Shown here: piece after piece, positions 36,086 through 44,684 of the stretch
Numbering within the stretch: the stretch's first letter is position 1
How the letters are laid out: each line of letters starts with the position of its first letter
Assembly: GCA_903885965.1 (NCBI GenBank)
Contig: CAISKQ010000035.1
Span: 3,926-67,925 of the forward strand
Length of the DNA: 64,000 bases
Direction of reading: 5' to 3'
Source: an uncultured bacterium
GTDB lineage: Bacteria > Patescibacteriota > Minisyncoccia > Moranbacterales > GWC2-37-73
Translations under genes and position numbers: made by a program
The notes under the pieces: generated by a model
What the model saw: the letters and a program-made list of their open reading frames with translations, nothing else
Databases searched by the model: none
Told to the model about the DNA's origin: nothing

Positions 36086-37732
36086 CTATTTATTTTCCTG
36101 ATTTCGTTTTTTCGCAGCGCTGACAAAACCGAAGAAAAGTGGATGGGCTTTGAGTGGAGTTGATTTGAACTCTGGGTGAAATTGCGAGGCGACGAAGAAA
36201 GGATGCTTCTCACCTGGCAATTCAATAATTTCCATCAATTTTCCATCAGGAGACTTTCCAGAAAAAACGAGACCGGCAGTTTCAATTTTTGAGATATATT
36301 GCGGACTGACTTCCCAGCGATGTCTGTGACGCTCTGAAATTTCTGCTTGCTTATACAAAGTTGCAGCAATCGTTCCGGCTTCGAGCTTGGCTGGATAGGC
36401 GCCCAATCTCATGGTCGCACCGTAGTTTCCATCTTCCAGGTTTTTTTTCTGTTCGGGCATAATGTCAATAACGGGATTTTTTGTATCACGATTGACTTCT
36501 GTAGTGTTAGCATCTTCTAGCCCCAGAACGTTACGAGCATATTCAATTACAGCTAGTTGCATGCCATAGCAAATTCCCAAAAATGGAATTTTATTTTCTC
36601 TACAAAACTGAATAGCTTTAATTTTGCCTTCAATTCCTCTGCCGCCAAAGCCACCTGGCACCAAAACTCCGTCATACTGGGAAAGTGAACCAGTTTTTTC
36701 TGGCTCTTTTTCAAAAAGTTCACTGTTGATCCAATCTATTTTAGTTTTAACGCCTGCTTGATAGCCAGCGTGTTTAATAGCTTCAATCACTGACATATAG
36801 GCATCAGACAAAACAAAATCTCCCGTGCCAAAATATTTTCCCACAATTCCAATGGTAACGCTGTCTTTAGTAGCTTTGATTTTTTCCACTAAATTTTTCC
36901 AGGCTGAAAGATCCGAAGTTCTGGTTTCAAGACGCAATTTTTTCAAAATTGTTTCCGAGAGATTATCTCTTTCAAAATTAAGCAAAACTTCGTAAACATT
37001 ATCCACATCTGGAGCACTGATAACAAACTCTTCCCCAACATTGCAAAACATGGAAATTTTTTCTTTGCGTTTTTGATCCATGGGAACTTCACTGCGAGCA
37101 ATGATGAACTCTGGTTGGACGCCAGCGCTGTTGACTGTGCGCACAGCATATTGCGTTGGCTTGGTTTTCATTTCGCCGATTTTGTTGGGCATTGGCACAT
37201 AGCTGACCAAAACTGAAAGCACATCGTCTGGATTTTTGATTTTCATCATGCGTATTGTTTCCAAAAATAACACATTTTGATATTCACCCACGGTTCCGCC
37301 AATTTCAATCAAGGTTATTTCAGAGCCATCTTTCTCAGAGGCTTTCACGATTCGATCAATCACTTCCAGGGGAATGTGCGGCACTACTTCCACGCATTTT
37401 CCGCCATATTCAAGATTTCTTTCTCGATGAATAACCGATTCATATACTCTGCCCGTAGTCATGTAGTTTTCACGTGAAAGCTGGATGTCCATAAAGCGTT
37501 CATAGTTTCCCATATCTTGATCAGTCTCATCGCCGTCATTAAGCACAAAAACCTCTCCATGTTCAGTTGGATTCATTGTCCCGGCGTCCACATTGACATA
37601 AGGGTCAATTTTCAGAGCCGTTACCTTGTATCCCCTAGCCTTCAGAATTGCACCAATGGAAGAAGTCGTAATTCCTTTTCCGACCCCACTCATAACCCCA
37701 CCCATAACAAAAATGTATTTTCTGTTTTCCAT
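36086..37732 (-). CDS. pyrG: CTP synthase
   Basis: 'KYIFVMGGVMSGVGKGIT' N-terminus and a glutamine amidotransferase domain with 'GICYGMQ'. The start is taken at MENRKYIF. Confidence 0.95.
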   Translation of the reverse strand: MENRKYIFVMGGVMSGVGKGITTSSIGAILKARGYKVTALKIDPYVNVDAGTMNPTEHGEVFVLNDGDETDQDMGNYERFMDIQLSRENYMTTGRVYESVIHRERNLEYGGKCVEVVPHIPLEVIDRIVKASEKDGSEITLIEIGGTVGEYQNVLFLETIRMMKIKNPDDVLSVLVSYVPMPNKIGEMKTKPTQYAVRTVNSAGVQPEFIIARSEVPMDQKRKEKISMFCNVGEEFVISAPDVDNVYEVLLNFERDNLSETILKKLRLETRTSDLSAWKNLVEKIKATKDSVTIGIVGKYFGTGDFVLSDAYMSVIEAIKHAGYQAGVKTKIDWINSELFEKEPEKTGSLSQYDGVLVPGGFGGRGIEGKIKAIQFCRENKIPFLGICYGMQLAVIEYARNVLGLEDANTTEVNRDTKNPVIDIMPEQKKNLEDGNYGATMRLGAYPAKLEAGTIAATLYKQAEISERHRHRWEVSPQYISKIETAGLVFSGKSPDGKLMEIIELPGEKHPFFVASQFHPEFKSTPLKAHPLFFGFVSAAKKRNQENK

Positions 37733-37831
37733 GTGGAAATATTTCACAAATTAACTCTTGTTATTTCTCAAAGCTTCTCAAAAAAATACTAGAGCTAATT
37801 AATGATCAAATTTGTGTTAATTAGTTGTTTT

Positions 37832-37860
37832 ATCTAAGCAAAAAGTCGCTAAAAGCGACC
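37832..37860 (-). terminator. Candidate rho-independent terminator downstream of rplI (GTCGC-tttta-GCGAC + TTTTTGCTT on the minus strand)
   Basis: 5 bp GC stem plus T-run, about 95 nt after the rplI stop. Confidence 0.4.
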
Positions 37861-37952
37861 CCCTAACCCCATTATTACACAAAACGTTGCGGGCGGGCTT
37901 TTTTAATATCAATAAAAAGATGCTGCCCCTATTTGTCATTATATACTTTTTT

Positions 37953-38390
37953 TTAAGCTTGTTCAACTAGTACATTTATGGAAACCACAATGTCGTGATC
38001 AAGCGTAATTTTCACCTCGTGTGATCCAAGGTCTCTAATATGTCCGGCAGAGATTGCCTTTTCCGGAACTTCCAATTTTAATTTTTTGATTTCAGCTGAA
38101 ATATCCTTTGCCGTTATTGACCCAAAAAGTTTCCCGTCTTTGGAACGTGCTTTTACAATAATTTGTTTCTTATTAAGTGATTCAGCCAGGCTCCTGGTTT
38201 GCGCTCGCTGCTGATTCAAAAGTGCTTGTTTTTTCTCATCTTCTTTCTGAACAATTGCAATTCCGCCTGGCGTTGCAACTGCTGCCATTTTTTTTGCCAA
38301 CAAGAAATTTCGACCATAACCATCTGGTACTTCCTTTATTTGTCCCTTTTTGCCAATATTTTTAACATCCTGCAGAAGAATAATTTTCAT
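37953..38390 (-). CDS. rplI: 50S ribosomal protein L9
   Basis: 'MKIILLQDVKNIGKKGQIKEVPDGYGRNFL' is the canonical L9 N-domain. Confidence 0.85.
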   Translation of the reverse strand: MKIILLQDVKNIGKKGQIKEVPDGYGRNFLLAKKMAAVATPGGIAIVQKEDEKKQALLNQQRAQTRSLAESLNKKQIIVKARSKDGKLFGSITAKDISAEIKKLKLEVPEKAISAGHIRDLGSHEVKITLDHDIVVSINVLVEQA

Positions 38391-38449
38391 AAATAGTAGT
38401 CTTATAATTTTTAACCTTTTATTTAATATACATCAAGCCGATATAATTT

Positions 38450-39163
38450 TCAAGCGATACTTCCTTTGTCATTCATCCCGTCATGTTCGCGCTCTTTTTT
38501 ACTTATGAGCACAAAAAGAAGCAACGCTTGCATCGCAATGACTTTCATGGTCTCCAGATCGCTGCTACTTTGCTGGGGGGGTTTCTTTTTTAGGATTATG
38601 CACGAATATACATTGTCCATAGTTTTTGGTGATGGTATAGCGAAAAATTGATCATTTTCAAAAATTTGGACATCTGGATTGCAATTTTTTTGAGTAAAAT
38701 TTATAGCAACATCAGAATTACTTTTAACCTCTTTCAGAACATCTCCGCTGCGCAAATCTGCAAAGCGAATCACGAATTCATCTGATTTTCCAAACAGCTG
38801 GACAGCCTCCATAATTGAGTTATAAAATTCTCTTTGTTTTTTTGGGGTAAGTTGTGAACTCTCTGGAAACCCAAGCGCTATGTCCATCATTATATCAAGC
38901 TTTCTATTAACTTCCCCAATGTAGGAATACGAATGAGTCAAGTCCTTATTAGTTTGATTCATCTGCCTAATCATTTTAAATTTCTCTTCCCGTTCTTGTA
39001 ACATTTTTCTTTCTAAAGTGGTGAAAAGAATGAATCCGAATATTCCTAGACATAAAATCGCAAATTCCTGCGCTTGAACAACACTAAAACCCAACACGCC
39101 TTTTGAGACAATGGTTGGAATAAAAACTATAAAGGTGAAGATAATGAAATATATCCAATACAC
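38450..39163 (-). CDS. Hypothetical membrane protein
   Basis: Two N-terminal TM helices, a soluble middle region and a C-terminal hydrophobic helix; no domain recognised. Confidence 0.4.
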   Translation of the reverse strand: MYWIYFIIFTFIVFIPTIVSKGVLGFSVVQAQEFAILCLGIFGFILFTTLERKMLQEREEKFKMIRQMNQTNKDLTHSYSYIGEVNRKLDIMMDIALGFPESSQLTPKKQREFYNSIMEAVQLFGKSDEFVIRFADLRSGDVLKEVKSNSDVAINFTQKNCNPDVQIFENDQFFAIPSPKTMDNVYSCIILKKKPPQQSSSDLETMKVIAMQALLLFVLISKKEREHDGMNDKGSIA

Positions 39164-39300
39164 AATTTTGCAAGTAATAGTTTGATATATTTTATGCTTA
39201 CATGTTCATGTTTGATAGCGACGCAGTATTTACACGCAGCCCCAGTATAATTGTTTCGATTAATACAAAACTGCTGCTGCATATATTCTTAATGTAATTC

Positions 39301-39330
39301 AAATAAAAAACCCACCAAGTGGCGGGCTTT
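39301..39330 (-). terminator. Rho-independent terminator after galU (CCCGCCA-ctt-GGTGGG + TTTTTTATTT on the minus strand); also T-rich on the plus strand
   Basis: 7 bp stem with one G-U pair when read on the minus strand. Confidence 0.55.
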
Positions 39331-39336
39331 TCATTT

Positions 39337-40206
39337 TCATTTTTTGCAATAAAGCTTGTTTATATATTGATCCAAGTCCTCTCTTAATTCTTCTCTGTCG
39401 AAAGCATATGCAAGTGTAGCTTTCAAATAATTCAATGGATCTCCAGTAGTGAGCCAATCTCCATCCTTAAGCTCCTTGGCCAGAAAAATTCCTCCACTCT
39501 TAACGTACGTTTTAATTGCGTCAGTGACCCAAAGCTCATTTCCCTTTCCTAGCGCTGTTTCTCTTAAGATGTTTATAAAATTTTGGTCAAGAATCATGCG
39601 TCCAAAATCAGCGAGTTGAGAAGGCGCTTCTTCGATAGAAGGTTTTTCAATAATGTCTTCAATTTCATTGGTTCCTTCTCTCAACTTTACGATACCATAA
39701 CGGCTAACGACTTCCTTTGGTACTTGCTGAACGCCAATCATAAGTTTTCCATTTTTTTCATAATCCTCAATCATCTGCTTAGTAAATGATACTTTAGATT
39801 TAACCAAATCGTCGCCCCACACGAAAACAAATGGCTCGTTGTCAACAATAGAAGCAGCTGATAAAACAGGCGTACCATTTCCGTAGGGACCTTTTTGCCG
39901 CACATAAATAAAATTAGCCATATCTGCAATGCCCTCAATCATGCTGGCGTATGTTTCTTTGCCATTTTTCCGTAAATCATCTTCAAGTGCTGTACTGTGA
40001 TCAAAATGATCTTCAAGTGGTTTTTTGTCCCAACGAGTCACAAAAATAATATCCTTGATTCCAGCCTCAACCAACTCTTCCACCACCAGCTGAATAATTG
40101 GCTTGTCTACAATCGGAAGCATTTCCTTCGGCATGGACTTAGTGGCTGGCAAAAGTCTCGTTCCTGATCCTGCAACTGCAATAACTGCTTTTGTTATTTT
40201 ACTCAT
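39337..40206 (-). CDS. galU: UTP--glucose-1-phosphate uridylyltransferase
   Basis: 'KAVIAVAGSGTRLLPATKSMPKEMLPIVDKPIIQ'. Confidence 0.85.
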   Translation of the reverse strand: MSKITKAVIAVAGSGTRLLPATKSMPKEMLPIVDKPIIQLVVEELVEAGIKDIIFVTRWDKKPLEDHFDHSTALEDDLRKNGKETYASMIEGIADMANFIYVRQKGPYGNGTPVLSAASIVDNEPFVFVWGDDLVKSKVSFTKQMIEDYEKNGKLMIGVQQVPKEVVSRYGIVKLREGTNEIEDIIEKPSIEEAPSQLADFGRMILDQNFINILRETALGKGNELWVTDAIKTYVKSGGIFLAKELKDGDWLTTGDPLNYLKATLAYAFDREELREDLDQYINKLYCKK

Positions 40207-40224
40207 TTTTTTATGTATGAATAA

Positions 40225-41019
40225 TTAATTTAGTTTTTTCTTGCTAAGGATTTTTAATTCTTCGTTAAATTCGTTAATCGCTTGATCCAAAATTGGATGA
40301 AAATTTTTGCTAATGCCTTTTTCTTTGACTATTAGTCCTGCTTCCAAGAGTGAATCCGGAGTTCCAGCATCAAGCCATTGTCCCTCAAAAATGGTAACTT
40401 CTAAACTTTTCTTTTTTAAATATGCCTTATTAACCTCAGTAATTTCAACTTCGCCTCTCTCAGAAGGTTTAATGTTTTTAGCAATGTTAACACAATCATT
40501 ATCATAAAGGTAAAGACCTGTTACCGCATAGTCGCTAATCCATGCCTTTGGCTTTTCAACGATCTCAATTGCTCGATTATTTTTGTTAAACTTCACCACG
40601 CCAAATCTCTCAGGATCGGGAACCTTTTTAGCAAAAATATGTCCTCCGCTGCGAAAATCTTTTATTTGTTTAACGAAATCATCCTCGAAAATATTGTCGC
40701 CTAGGATAAGTGCCACATTGTCATCGCCAACATGGTTTTCTCCGAGTGTTAATGCTTCCGCAAGTCCTTTAGGCGTTGATTGAACTTCGAAAGTAATATG
40801 GATGCCGTGTTTTTTCAAAAGCGAACCAAGTAGATTCAAAAATTGACCAGAATGTTCAGGAGCAACAATAATCAAAATATTTTTAATTCCAGCTTTAATA
40901 AGCGTGTTTAGTGGATAAAAAATCATCTGTCTGTCATAAACCGGCAAAAGTTGCTTTGACGTTGTGGCAGTCATTGGGAAAAGTCTTGTTGCTGTTCCAC
41001 CGGCCAACACAATTCCCTT
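40225..41019 (-). CDS. rmlA: Glucose-1-phosphate thymidylyltransferase
   Basis: 'MKGIVLAGGTATRLFPMTATTSKQLLPVYD'. The start is taken at MKGIV rather than the upstream in-frame ATGs. Confidence 0.85.
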   Translation of the reverse strand, partial: KGIVLAGGTATRLFPMTATTSKQLLPVYDRQMIFYPLNTLIKAGIKNILIIVAPEHSGQFLNLLGSLLKKHGIHITFEVQSTPKGLAEALTLGENHVGDDNVALILGDNIFEDDFVKQIKDFRSGGHIFAKKVPDPERFGVVKFNKNNRAIEIVEKPKAWISDYAVTGLYLYDNDCVNIAKNIKPSERGEVEITEVNKAYLKKKSLEVTIFEGQWLDAGTPDSLLEAGLIVKEKGISKNFHPILDQAINEFNEELKILSKKKLN

Positions 41020-41062
41020 CATTTTTCTTCTTTTTGGCTTTATAATTTCTTCCCCCATATGA

Positions 41063-41176
41063 ACTAAATCACCAAGATACAAGAAACAATAACCAAATAA
41101 TTTTTCAAATTAAAACAATTTTGATTATTGAATTTTGTGATTTGTTTGTATCTTGCTTCTTGATTATTGGTTATTT
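41063..41176 (-). promoter_or_regulatory. Conserved leader/intercistronic element upstream of rmlA, with inverted repeats built from CAAGATACAA / TTGTATCTTG and AATAACCAA / TTGGTTATT
   Basis: Shares these word blocks with 48096-48240 (upstream of rmlB) and 34865-34915 (upstream of rpmA). Confidence 0.4.
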
Positions 41177-42418
41177 TTAAACAGTTGGATATATCGGATA
41201 TTTTTTGCAAAATATTGTTACCTCTTTTTTAATTTGAGCAAGAATTTTTTTATCATCGTGTGCAATAATAATCTCTTCAATCCAGCCAGCAATCATTTTG
41301 ATTTCTTTTTCTTTCATGCCTCGACTTGTGATTGCTTGGACTCCAATTCTAATTCCGCTTGGATCCATCGGAGAGCGAGGATCATCTGGAATCATATTTT
41401 TGTTAACGGTAATACCTGACTCGTCCAGCGCATGCTCTGCTTGTTTGCCAGTAATTCCCTTGCTACCCATCACGTCAACTAGGATCATATGATAATCGGT
41501 TCCGCCAAACATAATTTTAAAATCTCTTTTCGTAAGTTCAATTTCAAGCACTTTCGCATTTTTAATTACTTGTTTGGCATATGATTTAAACGCGGGCCTC
41601 AAGGCTTCGCCAAATGCTACAGCTTTAGCGGCAACATTATTCATGTGCGGGCCTCCTTGAAAACCAGGAAAAGCAGACTTATCAATAGCTTTAGCAAACG
41701 CTTGTTTACACATAATCATTCCACCGCGAGGACCTCGAAGCGTCTTATGTGTTGTGGTCGTCACGATATCAAAATATGGAACTGGATTTTCAATTGCTTT
41801 TCCAGCAATCAAGCCTGCAATATGCGCAATATCAAACATAGAAATTGCGCCAACTTTTTTGGCAATCGCTTGGAATTTTTTGTAATCAAACTGTCGAGTG
41901 TAGGCCGAAAAACCAGCTAAAATAAGTTTTGGCTTGTGCTCGAGGGCCAATTTCTCAAGCTGCTTATAATCAATTTCTCCGGCCTGGTTCGTTTTGTAAC
42001 CGATGAAATTATATATTTGAGCTGAAAGTGTGAGCGGATGACCATGCGTCAAGTGTCCTCCATGAGAAAGGTCCATACCAAGAACCGTATCGCCCGGTTT
42101 CAAAATCGCATTGTAGGCAATCATATTAGCTGGCGCTCCAGAATGAGGCTGCACATTGACATGCTCGGCGCCGAAAATTTTCTTTGCTCGCTCAATAGCC
42201 AAGGATTCAACTTGATCGGTAAATTGCTGGCCTCCGTAATATCTTTTGCCAGGATAACCCTCGGAATATTTATTCGTGAAAACACTGCCAAGCGCTTCAA
42301 GCACGGCCTTGGAAACATAGTTCTCACTGGCAATAAGTTCCATCCCCTCTTGTTGGCGTTTGATTTCGCCAGTAATGGCAGCGTATATTTGTTTGTCTTG
42401 TTTTTTCAAATTTTGCAT
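41177..42418 (-). CDS. glyA: Serine hydroxymethyltransferase
   Basis: PLP-lysine motif 'TTTTHKTLRGPRGG'; 413 aa. Confidence 0.95.
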   Translation of the reverse strand: MQNLKKQDKQIYAAITGEIKRQQEGMELIASENYVSKAVLEALGSVFTNKYSEGYPGKRYYGGQQFTDQVESLAIERAKKIFGAEHVNVQPHSGAPANMIAYNAILKPGDTVLGMDLSHGGHLTHGHPLTLSAQIYNFIGYKTNQAGEIDYKQLEKLALEHKPKLILAGFSAYTRQFDYKKFQAIAKKVGAISMFDIAHIAGLIAGKAIENPVPYFDIVTTTTHKTLRGPRGGMIMCKQAFAKAIDKSAFPGFQGGPHMNNVAAKAVAFGEALRPAFKSYAKQVIKNAKVLEIELTKRDFKIMFGGTDYHMILVDVMGSKGITGKQAEHALDESGITVNKNMIPDDPRSPMDPSGIRIGVQAITSRGMKEKEIKMIAGWIEEIIIAHDDKKILAQIKKEVTIFCKKYPIYPTV

Positions 42419-42517
42419 ATCTATAAAATTTGCTTAAGTTAATTAAGAATAAAAACGATATTTAGAATACTTAAGCCAGGCGATTAGATCATAGTATTGG
42501 TAAAATTAAAATAATCA

Positions 42518-42605
42518 TGTCATGCTGAACTTGTTTCAGCATCTTTATTATAGAGAACTTTATAAAACAAAGAAAATAGATCCTGAAATAAATTCAGGAT
42601 GACAC
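42518..42605. repeat. Second complete copy of the composite TGTCAT-hairpin-spacer-hairpin-ATGACA element, between glyA and rmlD
   Basis: TGTCAT + ATGCTGAA-cttgt-TTCAGCAT ... ATCCTGAA-ataaa-TTCAGGAT + GACAC. Relative to copy A, hairpin 1 carries compensatory changes C-G to G-C. On the minus strand, hairpin 2 plus a T-rich spacer look like the rmlD terminator. Confidence 0.6.
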
Positions 42606-42610
42606 GGGAA

Positions 42611-43543
42611 CTATTTTATGCCTTTTAAATATTCCCTGAGCGCAAGTTTATAACTTCGCATTGGGTTAAGCCGAGTGTTAATCAAAGTTGAAACATAGGG
42701 CCTCTGAGCAGGACGCGGAAACTCATCACTGTTAACCGGAATCACCTTAGTTTTAAGTTTAGCCATCTTATATAATTCTACAACTGCCTCAAACCAAGTG
42801 CAAGCACCTTCATTGACAACATGATAAATTCCAAAGGGTTTATTAGCTTCAATGATTTCCTTGGTTTTCTTGGCCAAATCAGGAGCATAGGTGAAACAAG
42901 ATGTTTCTTCATCTACAACTTTTACTTCTGCGTTCTTTTTCCCCACCTCCAGCATAACATCAAAGAAACTTTTTTTGGCCGTTTTTGATTTGGCAGGCTT
43001 ACCAAAAAGTTTTGAAAGTCTGATAATGTAATATTTTTCTCCGCTTTTTTGCACCGCCTGCTCCCCCATCAATTTTGTTTTGCCATATTTTTGAACTGGC
43101 TTCGTAATCGCATCTTCATCGAACCCGATTTGAGGCACGAAACCCTCATGTAAGCTACAAGAACTGCAAGAACCTCCGCAACCAGCTGGCTCTGGAAGCT
43201 CTGGCATACCAGAGAAGACATAGTCTGTTGAATAATGTACCAAAGTAGCATCAAGCTTCTTAGCGACCTTTGCAAGGTATCCTGGAGCTTTTCCGTTAAG
43301 CTTCTTGGCTTTTTCAAATTCAGCCTTATCTTTTTCACACAAATCAACTGCATTATAGGCGGCTGCATTTAGGATGATATTTGGCGCAAGTTTGTTAATT
43401 TTTTCTTTAGTTTGATTTTCATCAGTGATGTCAATTTTATCGAAATCCCAAGCTGTCACCTTGTACTGCTCATCACTTTTGAAAATTGAAACTAGCTCTT
43501 GCCCAAGCATTCCCTTAGCACCGATTATTAGAACTTTTTGCAT
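42611..43543 (-). CDS. rmlD: dTDP-4-dehydrorhamnose reductase
   Basis: 'KVLIIGAKGMLGQEL' Rossmann motif, 'HYSTDYVF' and 'YGKTK' catalytic motifs. Has an unusual Cys-rich insert 'PEPAGCGGSCSSCSLHEG'. Confidence 0.8.
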   Translation of the reverse strand: MQKVLIIGAKGMLGQELVSIFKSDEQYKVTAWDFDKIDITDENQTKEKINKLAPNIILNAAAYNAVDLCEKDKAEFEKAKKLNGKAPGYLAKVAKKLDATLVHYSTDYVFSGMPELPEPAGCGGSCSSCSLHEGFVPQIGFDEDAITKPVQKYGKTKLMGEQAVQKSGEKYYIIRLSKLFGKPAKSKTAKKSFFDVMLEVGKKNAEVKVVDEETSCFTYAPDLAKKTKEIIEANKPFGIYHVVNEGACTWFEAVVELYKMAKLKTKVIPVNSDEFPRPAQRPYVSTLINTRLNPMRSYKLALREYLKGIK

Positions 43544-43607
43544 ATATTTAAATCTTAAAATTTTATCATTAAGTTCCTGTATTGTTGCAAATTCTGAGCA
43601 AATTGTC

Positions 43608-43653
43608 CACTAGAAAGAAAAAATGGCAACCTCTCCAAGATTAAGAGGTTGCC
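43608..43653 (-). terminator. Rho-independent terminator on the minus strand (GGCAACCTCT / AGAGGTTGCC perfect 10 bp stem + ATTTTTTTCTTTCT), about 500 nt downstream of the GNAT gene
   Basis: Perfect inverted repeat with a 9 nt loop; T-run on the minus strand only. Confidence 0.55.
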
Positions 43654-44156
43654 AAGTGATATACATAGATATTCCAGTTCATTAATAATAAATGTCTGGA
43701 TTTAAAAAGTTTAAATCACCAAGGGTTCGGTATTTTCTCCATAAATAAACTACGCAGCCGCAAATAACAAAAGCAATCAGGGCGATTATATTCATAATAC
43801 TCCATAATTATTTCGTTACGATATTGAACACCATACAAGAAAGAACAATAGGAGCGGTCAATAGCATCTGAAATTGCCTTAAGCAAAAAATTAATGACTT
43901 CAAAGGCAGCTAAAAATTCATTCGTCGAGGTTGGCATAGGTCCTCCATGGAAAAAACGTTTAAAAAAAAGAAAGAACAAATCATGGCTTTATTAAAACAG
44001 AATCTGGGGAAAAGTCCAGCAAGAAAATTTTCCCTAAATTTACCTAAAGAAAAAAAGTAATCCGATTTCGCCTGCATAAAGAACAATTTCCAGAATTGCA
44101 GCTAAGTCAAGACTGAAGTATCGCGTTTTAAACAGTATTGATAATATCTTGCGTTA

Positions 44157-44666
44157 TCATAAGAACATTTCCATAACATGCTCATCAAAATATTGGGTAC
44201 CTATTTTTAATTCATTGTGGAGTGTACCAACAAGTTTGAAGCCGAGCTTTTCATAAAGCCAGACAGCAGAAAGCTGCGAAGTATTAACATTAAGATCAAT
44301 TTTTTCAATCCCTTTAAATGTTTTAATTTCTTCAATAAGTTCCACTAATATTTTTTTGCCAATGCCTTTTCCACGATAAGCTTTTTTCACATATACTCCC
44401 CAAACATAAGCAATATGGCGCATTTTTTCGCCTTCTTCCTGATAAGCTGCAGCAAGTGCAACTGTCTTGACACCATCGCGAGCAACCAACATTAAACTTC
44501 GTGGATTTTCAAATTCCTCTTGCCAGTGGCTATCATTAAATTGCAGTGATTCCCCATAGGAATCTCCGAAAGCTTCGCCATCCTCGCGAAGTGCTTCTAG
44601 TCTAATGTCTTTGTATTGTTCCCACTCAAGAGAAGAAAGCTTATACGTCTGAATGTTTGAGAGCAT
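44157..44666 (-). CDS. GNAT family N-acetyltransferase
   Basis: Acetyl-CoA binding motif 'RGKGIGKKIL' (Q/RxxGxG/A). Confidence 0.7.
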   Translation of the reverse strand: MLSNIQTYKLSSLEWEQYKDIRLEALREDGEAFGDSYGESLQFNDSHWQEEFENPRSLMLVARDGVKTVALAAAYQEEGEKMRHIAYVWGVYVKKAYRGKGIGKKILVELIEEIKTFKGIEKIDLNVNTSQLSAVWLYEKLGFKLVGTLHNELKIGTQYFDEHVMEMFL

Positions 44667-44684
44667 GTTTGTTTAACTTAAAAA

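Noticed and set aside
41020-41082. Upstream in-frame ATGs extending rmlA, and likewise for rmlB at 48096-48131, pyrG at 37733-37747, dnaJ at 13908-13949, rpmA at 34889-34915 and DUF523 at 792-809
   Set aside because: The conserved N-termini of these families (MKGIVLAGG, MKILVTGG, MENRKYIF..., [23 protein letters not shown]) begin at the internal Met, and the extensions are unconserved.
43716-43979. 87-codon minus-strand ORF in the 600 bp spacer as a real gene
   Set aside because: No recognisable motif, and the codon composition is unremarkable. It cannot be excluded, because a terminator lies downstream. It is left unannotated and mentioned in the findings.
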